A DNA stretch of 64,000 nucleotides from NCBI GenBank assembly GCA_030141605.1, contig JAQGDQ010000017.1:186001-250000 (forward strand). Direction: 5' to 3'. This DNA comes from Tubiluchus corallicola. Its lineage: Eukaryota > Animalia > Priapulida. Positions 39,455 to 52,407 of this stretch are shown here, in pieces; position 1 is the stretch's first letter, and every line of letters begins with the position of its first letter. The notes beneath the pieces were generated by a model. That model was given only the letters and a program-made list of their open reading frames with translations. It did not search any database and had not been told where the DNA came from. Made by a program: the position numbers and the translations under genes.

Positions 39455-39930
39455 TTATCACAAATCTTTGACGTACTATCGTTAATTTGATGAAAGAGCT
39501 TTGGGACATTAACCTTAATTTGATGAAAGAGCTTTGGGACATTAACCTTAATTTGATGATAAATCTGTGGGACCTTGACCTTTAGCTTCATAAATGTTTT
39601 TGTAACATTGACATATCACAAATCCAATCATTTAATCACATCTTTAGAACGTTGATCTTAGTTTGATTGCAAATCTTTATGACTTTGACCTTTTGATCGA
39701 GCACAGCTTTTGGCACATTGACCTTTATTTTTACTATCGATCTTGAAGATAATGACCTTAAGCTTGATCATAAGACTTTGACATCTAGATATTGCTTGAT
39801 CACAGATTTTGGGAAGATTGACTATGACTTGATCACAATTTTTAGGATATCAACTCCTAGCATGATTGCAAGTCGTTGCGTCATTTGGTTTTTATATTTA
39901 TCACAAATCTTAGTGATACTTGACCTTCAG
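39455..39930. repeat. 33-bp minisatellite decaying into a TGACCTT-rich array
   Basis: Two exact copies of TTAATTTGATGAAAGAGCTTTGGGACATTAACC (39482-39547) are followed by degenerate units with ATCACAAATCTT and TTGACCTT. Confidence 0.85.
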
Positions 39931-42900
39931 TCGGTGAAATACAAGTTGTTGGCGAAGCATCACTTCGCTTTTGACTACATTCTAATAAACAAAAACATCA
40001 GAAAGGAACTGCAGCTGCTAGCGACAGTGAAAACGACATCGAAGTCAGCAGTAATGATGGCAAAGATAAAAACGTTGTTAAGAATGATTAAGATATGGTT
40101 CATGTTAATCCTTTCATTGCAATATAGTTGTAACTAATTGGAATTTTTGTGGTACAAATCAGCCGAACAAACAATTTTAAATTGAATTGTTGAACACGTG
40201 ATCAAAAGTCAAATTCTTATAATAATAACTGATGCTGAAAACAGTCATGACGATGGCGATGTTTTGTAGCAGTTGATATTAACTGCATGTGTGAATGAGG
40301 CGACTAGTACGATTGATGCTGGCTTCTCAATAGGACCTGAACATATAGAAAATGACATTAAACAAGAAATATTCTAGTGATTATAAGCAATATTTAAAAA
40401 AGCGATACGTTGAATAATCATAACGTCTTTATTGGCTTAAACATTCCCTATACTAACACAGTTTATACCTTTCAGATAATCTTGGCTGCCCTTATTGGCT
40501 TAAGCTTACTAACACGGTTTATTCCCTCTACCTCATAATGAAAAGAGTCAAGCCAACAAACATGATTGAAGTCAATTACAAGGATTTCTGACAAGCACAG
40601 TCGTCTGGTTTGTGACACAGCCGCTTGTAACTGACACTATGATAATAGAGTATGCCTGCTGAGTTGAATAATCAATGAACAAAGTCGTCATGGCTATGAC
40701 CAGTCAGAGAAGCAGCCTCCACAGATGCACAGTTAGCAAAAAATGTTTTGCGTATGTATAGAGATTAGTGCGAAACATTCAAAAAACAAAAACTAGTAAA
40801 ATAGCTGGAGACATCTAGATAAAAAGCAAAATGAGATGTAGTCAATATTAGTGACAACAAGTCATGTTGAAGGAATGCTGCCCCAACTGTACAGAGAAAG
40901 TCGGAAACAGTGGACAAAAACCGGCAAGCCCACATGAAAGTGTATTTAATTTTGAGTCCCGAACACTCATATTAATACCGAGTACTACCGTTAATCGCAG
41001 CTCCAAAAGCAATAAACTGACGGGAGAACGATTGATGTTGGTTTCTCAATGGGCAATGGTATCATGACTTATTTCCTCAAGAAATTCGTTAATTATTGAT
41101 TTCTGATAAAAAGAACGCGTAAGGAATGAAACGTGTCAGGACACGTTTCATGAAAAAATGTTCTCACCAAGCAACGCTTAAGTTATTTTGATAATTTTTG
41201 TAGCTTTCTGCTCCTCGCACAATGGATTTTCAGGCAAAATTATATGTGAAATGCATTTGTTTACCTTAGTCAAATTAAAAATCGATTTCTGACGAAAAAA
41301 ATTGAAGAAAATGTTTCAGCAACTGCCGTGTTGATACTGTAACAAAAAACAGTGTCTTTTGTGTGAAATCGGCTAAAGCAGAAGATTTCAACTATCCCGA
41401 CACAACACTCGTCGGGATAGTACACTTTGGCCTCAAGTCTGTTCTGTTTTTAAGGAGAAATTCCTGTTAAAAGATTAAACGACCTTAATTTGTTCTTAGC
41501 TGATCGGTTGGTTTTTCCTGGAGCTCTGTACAGCAGACAGTTTTCCTGAGCTGTAGCAAGCAGGCGATCAATAAAATAATGTATACGATCACGGAAGTGT
41601 ACACCAGACTAAACTACTCAATAGGTTAAGTAGGAGTGCCTGAAAAGGGCGTGTTTTTTCTTAATTTTTCCAATTAAATCACTTATAAATGTTTAAACAA
41701 ATAGCATGATTGGATAACCTGAACCTACCTAATTTGTAATCATTTACTATTACCTATGCTCATATAGGAGCAGAAAAGTCATAGGTCTTGTAAGACCTAT
41801 TTTGAACGGTGCGGTTCTGAATGAATTAAACAAGACATATTATAATGATTATAAGCAATATTTAAAAAAGGTACGCTTATATTAGTTGTGAACTTTTAAG
41901 CATACAGAGGCTATTGTTTCCCGAGATCCCGTACATCAAATTGCTTTTTTAAAATTCATCCAATAATGACAGACTTAGACAGGACTTGGGAGAAGCTAAC
42001 GACTCTAACAGGATGAATTTGTCAGAGAACCTTCTAAAAAAGTTTAGCAGAAATTAGCACTAATTAACTAACGTTTTAGCAGTTAAATTTATTTAGAGAT
42101 TATACTGATAAAAACAGGCACTAAGGGTATAGAAACAGTATTGGCAGAAAGCAAGGTTATTTCTGCAGACGAATCACAGAACTTCCTTATCGATTCACTA
42201 TGCCTGGAAGCACAATATAGTTTTTAATCCGTTTTTTCGCACAATAGGATGCGCTATCTTCCGTCTAACATCTAAAACATCTTATATCTACCTGCCATGA
42301 ATAGCCATCCCCTCATTTCCCCTGTTTTTATTGTGTAAGCTGAAAGCGGATACATATTGTAACAGACGCTGTACTCCAAGCACTTAGCTTAATCTAATGT
42401 CTGTTAAGACGCATACTTTTTGTGTGTAACAGAATTTCTAAAGAAGCGACTTAGGAAAAACGACTTTTAGCCAATTCGTTTAAAGTCTATTCGAGCCTAG
42501 TGAAAGAGAGTGCGCGGTCACTGATCGATGTTAAAATTACCCATCCCTTCGCCGAAGAGATGCTTTCACGCGGAACATTGTACTACCGTATGACCGTAAA
42601 GCAAGGTGATATTGCCCTATGCTATCTATTACTGCAGGACTTATTGCTAGAAAGCACGCAATCTGCGTAGAGGAAAAACGTTGACAATGATCAAACCATC
42701 ACGACTTAACCAATTGCGGGTAAAATTTATAAAATCTACAAGAAATGTCACGCACTTTTGATCAAGTTTTCTCACTCTAAGGAAATTAAAAATATCACTT
42801 GATCAAACACGAATTACAATAACTTAGCTTTCGAAAATGTTAGCTTGTGCATGGCATTATAATCACGGATAAACTAAAATAATCATAATTTGGTTTAATT

Positions 42901-43014
42901 TCATAGGCGTGTTTGTTTATTGTTATAGCTGTTAGTTGAGTTTTGTTGGACAGTCATCTGCTGCTCTTCTTTTTTGTTAATGTTGCGCATTGCAGTTTTT
43001 ATATAGTAGTCACA

Positions 43015-43255
<241 letters not shown>

Positions 43256-43899
43256 AAAAAGTAATTTAAAATCCACAGTCGTTTAGATATCATCATAAGC
43301 TTTGCAAGTTCTTAATCCTGTGACCTCAAAACGACTTTCGTTTGTTTTTATTTGCAATAATTGTTTTTTTCTTAAATTTAGCACAAATCATAATTATTGG
43401 CAAGCAAACTTTAATTATACGTGTACCATAAGATTACTTTATATGAAATTCTAATACAAGCTTACAAATGCAGTTTCAGTCGATGATAATACAGTTTTAC
43501 TTATTTCGGGAAATTTTTTCTGGAATAATTGCCAAGTATGCTGCCTAGCACACGGAAATTAGCCCTATTTTGTAGTTTAAGCGAATGCGTGTTACATGCG
43601 ATACATAATATATAATACAGGCATACGAGCCAATATAGGTAGTTCAATTTCAGTTCAATTTCAAGGACATTCAAGGATATTCTGAGGTCATTCGGGGCTA
43701 ATCAGCATCTTTGCGAAGTGCGAACGCCTCTCTACAAGGCAACTAGAATCATCTTTAGTCATGCTCCTGTAACTATGCAATCGAAGAAAAGAAAATATAA
43801 CTTCAGTGAAAAAGATAATGCGCTAACCGTAGCTGCCTCTTTCAGGCCTACGGCGCGACATCAACCTCTTGGGACAAAATACATTTTTTATATTTTGTA

Positions 43900-44275
43900 G
43901 CTCCCTTGTTTATTTCTTCAAGTAGGGCTTCTTTTTAGTGAAGCGAGATGACTACACACTGATCTCAAGCGAATAATTTCCATTCTCTTTTTCCACGATT
44001 CATCTCTTGTGGCCACACGCTTTTAGCTAAATGACTTCTCAAGCAAATGGTTCCTCTGGACCTTCTCGCGTTCTGATGAGACTCCAGATATGCTTTAAAA
44101 GCCTCAAAGTTCTGTCAGGTGTGGTGGTCTTTATCGTGATGTTACATCTAGATGACATCGAGACGGTTAATGTTGAGGGCAGTAGTGTTATCAAGAAGGG
44201 TACGGAGGAGGGTGGCTACATGTACTTCATGAATTTCTTGTTTGGGTTATGTATGGCACCGTATTATTTAGTTAC
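43900..44275 (-). pseudogene. Possible Penelope-like retroelement RT C-terminal relic
   Basis: Fragments across frameshifts are IHNPNKKF, VPFL, KTTTPDRTL and YLESHQ...RG.I....AKSVW...RE. Their order matches HP.IKFT / LPFLD / RKPT.TD / YL..SHHP..K.GVI....RA..IC....E. Confidence 0.35.
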
Positions 44276-46515
44276 AATGAATATTAGAAGATTTCATAGG
44301 TCAGTTTGACTCACTCACTAATGTGATTTTTAACTTTCTTTGCGTCTAATCAATCAATGGCGTCTCTTATTCAGTTATTGAGAACTTTTTTGAATCGGCA
44401 TTAATTTTGAAGTTTTGTGCCGTTTTCTCCTGCTACCATGCTGTCTTAAAACAGATGTGTGAAATGGCTATTTGGCTAAATATAGAGATTACAGTGTGAC
44501 GTAGGTAAAAATTAAAATCACTTAAGTAGACTTATCACGGAGCCAATTTTACATTTGATGGTTGTATTAACCGCTTTCAACTTATAATACATTTTTAAAA
44601 ATAATGACGGATCCTTGAAATACTTTGTATATGTATTATACTTAACGATGTTTATTAACACTTCATCCAATAAATAAATGTACTAGTTGTTTTGTATAAG
44701 TGCTCAATTACGTATCTTATCTTTAAAAAACCGAACTCAATCTTAAACTACAGCTCAAAACAATATAAACTGTAAATTATTGAAAGGGAACATGTTATTT
44801 TTTCAAAATATAATTTAAGTGAAAGATTTATATTAACGCAGAAACCTAGTTTATTTGGATTGGTACTAGCGCCGGAGTTGCACAAAAACAAGTGCTGTAC
44901 CTCTAAGTTCAGATCTTTGTTCAGTTGCGACGTACCGCACACATTCTAAAGCTTATACGAGAACTTAAAATTTGCTGAACGTTATGTATCACTAAATATT
45001 GTACAACTGTACATCAATTTCAGCTTTCTCGAAAACGTGCAAACGCCCGTGGAATGTTTGTGCTGTTGAAAATTATGTTCATTTGTGACAGTATCATTAG
45101 CTGGGCTCCCGGCTGTTAATTAAGTTTTTAACTTATTATTTAATTATCAGAAACGTTTTGTCACAATATAGGTACTAAAATATATACTTTTTACTGTACT
45201 ACTGTACTTCAAAATGGCGTAGGATAAGAAAAAATCACCCTGTTTTCCTTTAATTTTTACAGCGATAGCTATTCGGTTTCAAAATTAAAGAGTCATTCAT
45301 ACGTGATAAAGAGAAGTAAGACAGCTGTTAGAGTAGCGCCTATAATACTTATGCTAATAACTAATTCTAATTCTTACTTGCGTGCTTAATTTAACCATTA
45401 CCAAACACATTTACTTTACAGCCTTTCTAGGAGACTGGGGTATTTTAACGCAGATAGCGCGTCATGCTGAGCAACAAATACCTTTAAATTAACGCGCAGC
45501 CATGTTGGTTTGGTTTGGCTTTGCTCATTTTGGTAATCCGCGCAATTTCGCGATGAACAACAATTTTGCTCGGCCATAAAGCGAGAAGGCTCTTAAAATT
45601 TTATGGCGTTTCCGCGAATGGCAAATTTGCTTCATATGCATACGAAATGGCGTGCATTGCGGAGTTTTCAGCTTATAAAGGCAAGGATAAAAATCGCAGA
45701 AATTTCAAAGATAAGTTTGTATTTGTTTTCTGTAGGCTCCTCATTTAATAAGATGCTTCACGAAATAGTTTTCGAGAGGTCCTCCTCCTTTGCTTATCAA
45801 CAAACCAACTTTTCAGGGACGCGAAACACCATAAAATGAAATCAGTATTCTGTGCTCTGTTATGTACTTCAAGAGATCGTAATTTTAAGTGTTTTTATTT
45901 AAATGTATATTTAAGATTTTGAAATAAATTTGGCTCTCGCCAGATTGGTAAGCTCTATCTTTTATGTCTGTGCCATAACATATAAGATAATTTCTGTATA
46001 AATTTCAATAGATTTAATTATTTTTATCATAAATTTATTCACAACTTTTACCCTTTTGATCTCGCAGAATACTAGTGTTTGCCGTGTTTATGTAAAATTT
46101 GTAATGTATAAGTTAATGTGTATTTAATGTGTGTTCATCCCTGGAGGAGTATCATCAACTGTAAACTATTGTCTGGGACTTCGTGTCTTTTAAATTTTGT
46201 TGTTTACTGCAAAATTGTGTCATACGTGTACGGTAAAACTGAAGTAAGATTGTTATATAAAATAGAACTATATGAATGGATATATCTAAAAATACTATAG
46301 GGCCTAATTAACAGAGTCATCGGCATTACATCTACAATACTGAAATATTATATACTATATAAAATACTAGGCCTACTATTATATCTATTATTTGCTGTAT
46401 ACACTTTTGCACAGCAAAGTATCAAATGCCTGAAATAAGACGGTGGCACGGAACAGAACTATATGAATATGCATGCACATAGGATATGTATAATATATGG
46501 AGTATATTGTCTGCT

Positions 46516-46724
46516 GAAATACAAATGTGTTGAATATCTTAATGTAGCCCTTAACGCAATTGTAATCCTTAATGCAAATGACTATTTGTAGAGAAATTGA
46601 GCCTGTTTCATATTCATATATAAATTATATATATATATATATTATGAAACGGGTAAAGTCATTTGCATTAAGGATTACAATTACATTAAGGGTTACATTA
46701 AGATATTGAACACATTTGTATTTC
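46516..46724. repeat. Long inverted repeat (68-bp arms) around a TA-rich loop
   Basis: 46516-46583 and the reverse complement of 46657-46724 match at 64 of 68 positions by manual alignment. Confidence 0.93.
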
Positions 46725-47783
46725 TTCATACATATGTAAGTAGTAATTTTACTCCTTGTGTCTCTCCCGTATCCATATTAGTCTGTCTTATTTATTATTG
46801 TACATATAGCATTGTTTTATGCATTTAATTTTTATTGTATGTATGGATACTTTAATAAATAAATAAATAAAAACAATAGAGCTATACTATTTACGGTAGA
46901 TGTACTTTTTTGCACAGGAAGGTCCTGATACATTTTTTTCGCCTTGTTGTTTTCATTTTACTTGTTTCGATGAACTTAAAGATAAAAAAAATTTAGTTTT
47001 ACAAAATTGTCCTTAATGAGGCATATAAATCATACAAACCTATGGGTATCCTGAGCTCAATTGCGTGTTGCCCTGTCACAGCTGTCACCGTCACTACTGT
47101 CACTAAATGTATCCAGGATAAACACACGTACGGCCACGCCCTGCACATCGTTCCCGGCCCGCTAACCACTGACACCCATTTAACAAGCTCCTTTCACTAA
47201 GAAACCATGAGAACGTGTTCGAATAAGCAGACATTTGCTGACATTGTTTTCTTATTTTTTCATAATGCAATTCACGATGAAAATGCGATGTACTGGCCAC
47301 AACTTATAGTTGTAGAAACTATGCGGAATAACTGCTCGCAGGTTAAGTTATACGTCTCAGGCGCATGCGCGAAAATGTGAAGCCTTTATCTCGTCTGCCA
47401 GAGCACAGACACAGCGGACTCCGAATTTTAATCATTCACAAAGCTATTTGACTGCGAGTACGTCAACATCTTTACCATCTATTCAATCTCTCTGAGACAC
47501 AGAGCAAATTTATCACATGTCCACAATGGATATTTTCACTCAGCTTTCTTTTGCTAATGAAAAATTGCTTGTTTGTCCTATCCGGTCAAAACGTAATTGC
47601 AAGGCCACGCGCTTCCAAATAAAAAGAAAGTTAGCTGTTACAGTAGACGGTGCTTCTGTTGCTGTTTTTTTCAACCTACAAACACTGCTCTTTTGAACCG
47701 TCCTTTTGTTTTTGGTCCTGCGACAAAATGCTAACACGATCTAATACAGTGGTTGACCACTATAAGAACTTTAAACAATAATG

Positions 47784-50440
47784 TTAACTCATTTATGCAT
47801 GGATTAACATTAAATTAATTTTTTTTTACAAAATTTGGACAAGCTGTGTGTTTCTATCAAAATTAAACAACACAGTCTGTGATTGCTGTAAAAAATGTTT
47901 AGTTGATTTTAATGTGAAAACAGAAAATGTCCCAAAATGGTATACAACACGGTATACACAATATTATACATTGTGAAAGATAAAAACCGCAAGGTTTGAT
48001 TGTTTTTTCTGAACACTTAGAAGTTATAGTAACACATTTAGCTGAGTTGGCTGTTATAACTTTCTCTATGCCCATAATTGTATGTGAAAGTCAGCAATAG
48101 CTACAAGGTTTTGTATGAAATTGGATGAAACTGTCAACATGGATGCCAACAACACATTTAGCACATTTCCTTTTCACTTTGCCACCGCACTAGCCACATC
48201 TAAATTGAGTTTCATGTGCAGCCAGATCATGTCCAATTCTGTCAAACCTCACATCATCAACCACTCTCTTTCGTGAAGATTTCTTCCTGCCAGCTCGTAC
48301 AGTCGGCGGTTCACGGCTTCCGTACTTCTGAATGTAAGTACCTGCCTTTGAAAGGCTGATAAGTTGAGTGGATTACTTTTGCATCCATCGGCGTTTTTAT
48401 ATAACAGCCAAGCATTTTGTAGACTAACATCCATCAAAAAAGCAATCAATGGCCACCACCACTTCTTAATTCTAATTGTAGTTCGGTACTTATCAATATT
48501 CTGATCCATCCGATCAGCGCCCATTCCACGATTATATTCACGAATCACTGCAGGCTGATCATTTGTTATCCTTTTTATAGCAGCAGCTGACCAACTTTCT
48601 GCTTTGTTTAGTGGCCTAACTCCAGTACTGTTAGATGCTACGGTGACAATGCCATCGAACCAGTAGAAGTCCACTGTTTTTATCCATTTTTAGTCAAAAG
48701 CATCTCGATCTTCCTTTTTTAAGTCCTTTGGATCTTGCAAAGGGCAATTGTCTATTCTGTTTGCTCTTACTGTACCCAAAGCTTGTATGTAAATGTCTCC
48801 AATTTTTTCAAAAGAGTCAAAGATGTAAACAGATTATCAAAACGTAATTTGTAATGAAGTTGAGGCAGTTCAGCAAGTAAATCCATAACAACTGAACCAC
48901 CCATACCAAAATCAGCATAGTACGTCTGAGAAGCTCCTTGGCAAGGTTCACACTGCACCAAATATCCTAACCGTGTGCTAAGGCACCAGATTTTATAACC
49001 AAATCTTATTGGTTAGCCACGAATAAATTGTCTAGCTGAATGCCCACCGTAACATGGCATCATGCTTTTATCAACATTAAGGTCTTGCTTCTCTGGTCAG
49101 TACATTAGGAATTGCTCATTGAGCATTGCGAAGAGTGGTATAACTTTAGCCATCTTGTCTGCTGGATCTAATGTCAAGATATCTGATACGTGAATGTACC
49201 GTAGAATTTCCTCAAAGCGATTAATGGACATAGCACTAGAAATGGCTAAGTTGTGCACATCTTCAGTCGGCTCCCAATACATTCGTTTTCTGGGAAGTTG
49301 ATGGTAGCCAGAAATTAAGAGAATAGCCAGTTTAACTTCACCGGGTGTAACAACAAATCCATTCTGGATTGCATATGTTACGGACATCTGACAGACAAAC
49401 TGGACAATATAGTTGCTGGGCTCAGATCCTGCTTTAAAAGTAATGGCTTAAGTCCATTCCCAGGAAATATTATTTTCAGCTTTATCAGCTTTAACCCATT
49501 TTTAACAACTTTTGGTTTTTTGTCCTTTCTTCAAACCTTTTAGGTAGCTCAGTAGGTTCATCATCACTACTCTCTGTTGCTGCAGCAGAAATGGTCGTCT
49601 TAGAATAGCTGTTTGACAGTATTGCTTCAGCATCTGGCTGAATATACATATATGCAGTGTCAAATTCTTCATCTTCCATCTGATTTAGTATTTCATAGAC
49701 TTTGTAGCTCTTGTAGCTAGAAAAATAGATTGACAATTGCTGGCTTTTATTAAGAATGGTGCTTCATCACATTTAAGTTTTTTCAGTAACTTGTAAAATA
49801 TGTAAACATGAAAAATAAAGATGTGTCATATGAGAACATTTTTCACGCATTAATTTTTCACACATAAGACGGGTGTTATTTTTAGTTTTTTGAATGTACA
49901 AGTAAAATGTACTGTAGTTTTACAAGTATGGACTTACCTTTACATTTCGCAGGCACTGTTGTGCTCACATGTACTGCACAATGTTTGTATGTGCTGCTAA
50001 ATTTGCTTCCTTAAGTTACTGCACTATATGTGTAATACATGCGTCATGTATACAATCTTGTGTACAATATGCATAATTTTGGGACATTAACTAAAATGGC
50101 AATAAAACTTCAACAACATTTGTTCTGCTGAAAAGCCTAATTCGTTTTATAGAAAATTAGTGTGGCAGCAAAATCCACAAACACTTCAATGGAAACTCTT
50201 AAAGTAAAAAAATTATACATGCCTATATTGTCCAGACATCATTATTTTAGCTTAATAACAACTTCCCCAAAACGTCTTTGTTTTTTGTGAACTTTGCAAG
50301 CAAGGTTGAAACTGCGTTTCCGTTTCTAGCCACTCTCTGCTACTTACATCGGTGGTATAAAGGAGTATGGGAGCTAAACTGTCTAGCTGCATAGACAACA
50401 ATACGAAAGCGTCCCAAAATGGGACATTATGCATTTTTGT
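47784..50440 (-). mobile_element. piggyBac transposon, PGBD3/MER85-like, defective
   Basis: The left end is TTAA|CTCATTTATGCAT. The right end is GTCCCAAAATGGGAC-ATTATGCAT with the outer TIR eroded. The element encloses a transposase pseudogene. Confidence 0.85.
48091..49945 (-). pseudogene. PGBD3-like: piggyBac DDD transposase pseudogene (PGBD3-like)
   Basis: Motifs in order: GYHQLPRKRMYW, MSINRFEEILRYIH, VDKSMMPCYGGHSARQFIRG*PIRFGYKIW, FDNLFTS, YNRGMGADRMDQNI, RIKKWWWPL, and C-terminal RCG*C......C.KC.VGIH. There are in-frame stops at about 49097, 49013 and 48190, plus frameshifts. Confidence 0.93.
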
Positions 50441-51339
50441 AACATCTTACATCAAACATCAGCGAACTCAAAATCAAGTTTCTGAAAGGACCAGCAGTTT
50501 ACTGCGCTTAGTGAAAGTAATTATACTTTATCAGTATCACATTTACGTACCTAATTACAATTACATTAATATGTTTACATTTCAAAATGATACTGACTGT
50601 CTCCCTAAGATCTAATTTATTATAGGAAAGAAAGGTGACTTCAAATCTACAAAATTACTGTGGTCCTTCCCGTTACGAGCTCGATGCCTTATACTGTACA
50701 TTAGAAATAAAATTCTGCGGAGAAATAAGGCGTACATATAATCGCTGTGATTTTTCATTTTAAGCCTAACTTTAGCAGTACATAGCCTTGCCCTTGTTCT
50801 TGAACAAGTTTCCGCAGCTGTAGGTTGAATTTATAAAAATTATGTGAATGTATTTAGTAATCATCTCAAATTCATTTGCACACTCTTTGCGCACTATAAT
50901 CATAACCATTTCCGTGATCTCAATAAACATGATCTTCTTAACCATAACCATGTCACCACCATACCAGTGTACGTCCACGGAACCCAGTCCGTCCGCCGAA
51001 CTCACCAACGTCCGTTAACCGAGCCCAGAATAGCAACGAATTAGTAAAATCAACTTCTAGCCAAAAGAAACTTAGGCCATATCTTTGAAACAAATAGCTT
51101 TAAAACTTAAACTCAGATCTATTAGGCACGAGAGTAGAGATATTTTTCATTTTAATTAATGACACTGCGTCTCACAGCCGTTTTTTCGACCTGCAAGTTG
51201 CACCGGCCAAATTACAAATTTTGTACTGAGTGTTTTATTGCGTTCTTCCTGTTTTTTATTTTATATTTTATAATTATATTTCCTGTTTAGTTCATGCATT
51301 TTTACATCTGATGCTAAATTTTTATTTAATTTAATTAAA

Positions 51340-51790
51340 AGTTTATTTCGGCACATAAAAATGACATATAAAAGATGAAATTTATACTAAAAACTAAGAA
51401 CTACCACATGTCATGCAATATTAAAAGAGCTACGAAAATTTACAAAAAAGATAATAAAATGTATACACAATTTGAATACAAAGCATCAGTTAAAAAACCA
51501 GCGGTTACTACATCAATAAATCATGCCATCTTCTAAATATTCTACTGTAAAATCGCATATCGTAAGCATAACGTGTGAAAAACTTGTGAAGAGCAATCTT
51601 GCAAGCGGCGTGGATCTTGGTTAAACTCCATACTTTGAAATTAACCCATCAGTTATTACAGTATATTCACATTTTTGAACAAAAGTTAAACTTTCTTAAT
51701 AACATATTAGATCTACCAATTAGTAAACGCTTCAGGTTATTTATGTTTGAATCATCAGAAAGATCATTAGAAAGTGCATGACAAAGATTT
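51340..51790 (-). mobile_element. Non-LTR retrotransposon RT C-terminal relic (Proto2/RTE-X-like, clade uncertain)
   Basis: HALSNDLSDDSNINNLKRLLIGRSNMLLRKFNFCS matches H.I..DL.DD.DI....R....R.NML.RKF..CS. There is an AATAAA on the minus strand near 51343-51348. Confidence 0.65.
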
Positions 51791-52019
51791 TCGGTGAAGA
51801 ACAACATGGTGCGATGAAACGCGCCATTTTGCAAAATATATGCTTCTCAAATAACGAAAACCTGATTTGTACAGATAGCCAGCCTAAGGCTACATAAGAT
51901 GGCTGCATTATAGCAGAAGAAATATCACGCGCGATAAGGGAAAAATAGAAGCCCAGCTATTGTTATTTCATAGGCGCTTATTCTAGGAATCTGAAGATAG
52001 TGATCTCTCTTAGGAAATT

Positions 52020-52407
52020 GCTGCTGTAGTAATTATATTCGATCCGGGTGCGTCATGGCAGCTTGAAAAAAGGCTGATGCAACAATAAAAGTAGAAAGCG
52101 AGACTCACTATACATGATTAGGCCAAGAAGACTTCGCAAACACGATTTTTGTACACGTAGTTCTCGATAAAGCATTAAAATTATCAAGACAGCCCATTAA
52201 AATTAGAAGCACTGCAGAAAGAAAAGAACCGCATGGACAGCTGCTGATTTACATCAAATTCATCCAAGAAGTTCATATCAACACACCATTAGATACCAAA
52301 GATACAGAGACATGGGAAGTTGTGGGTGACAGGGCAGCAGCGTTGTCTAACTTGATTGCAAGGGTCATGTCAGAGGACGTGTGACTCCAGAGATGATGAT
52401 GATGATG
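52020..52407 (+). mobile_element. RTE-like LINE 3' end relic
   Basis: The fragments GASWQ, IRPRRLRK...C.RS and TWEVVGDR follow the RTE order GVSW / IR.RRLR..GHC.R / W...A.DR..W. The element ends in a (GAT)5 tail at 52392-52406. Confidence 0.55.

Noticed and set aside
44070-44100. Hammerhead ribozyme at CTGATGAG (also considered for 62093, about 56285 and minus-strand sites)
   Set aside because: There is no correctly placed GAAA or stems II/III.
48249-49736. Active or domesticated transposase gene
   Set aside because: It has multiple in-frame stops and frameshifts, and one TIR is eroded.
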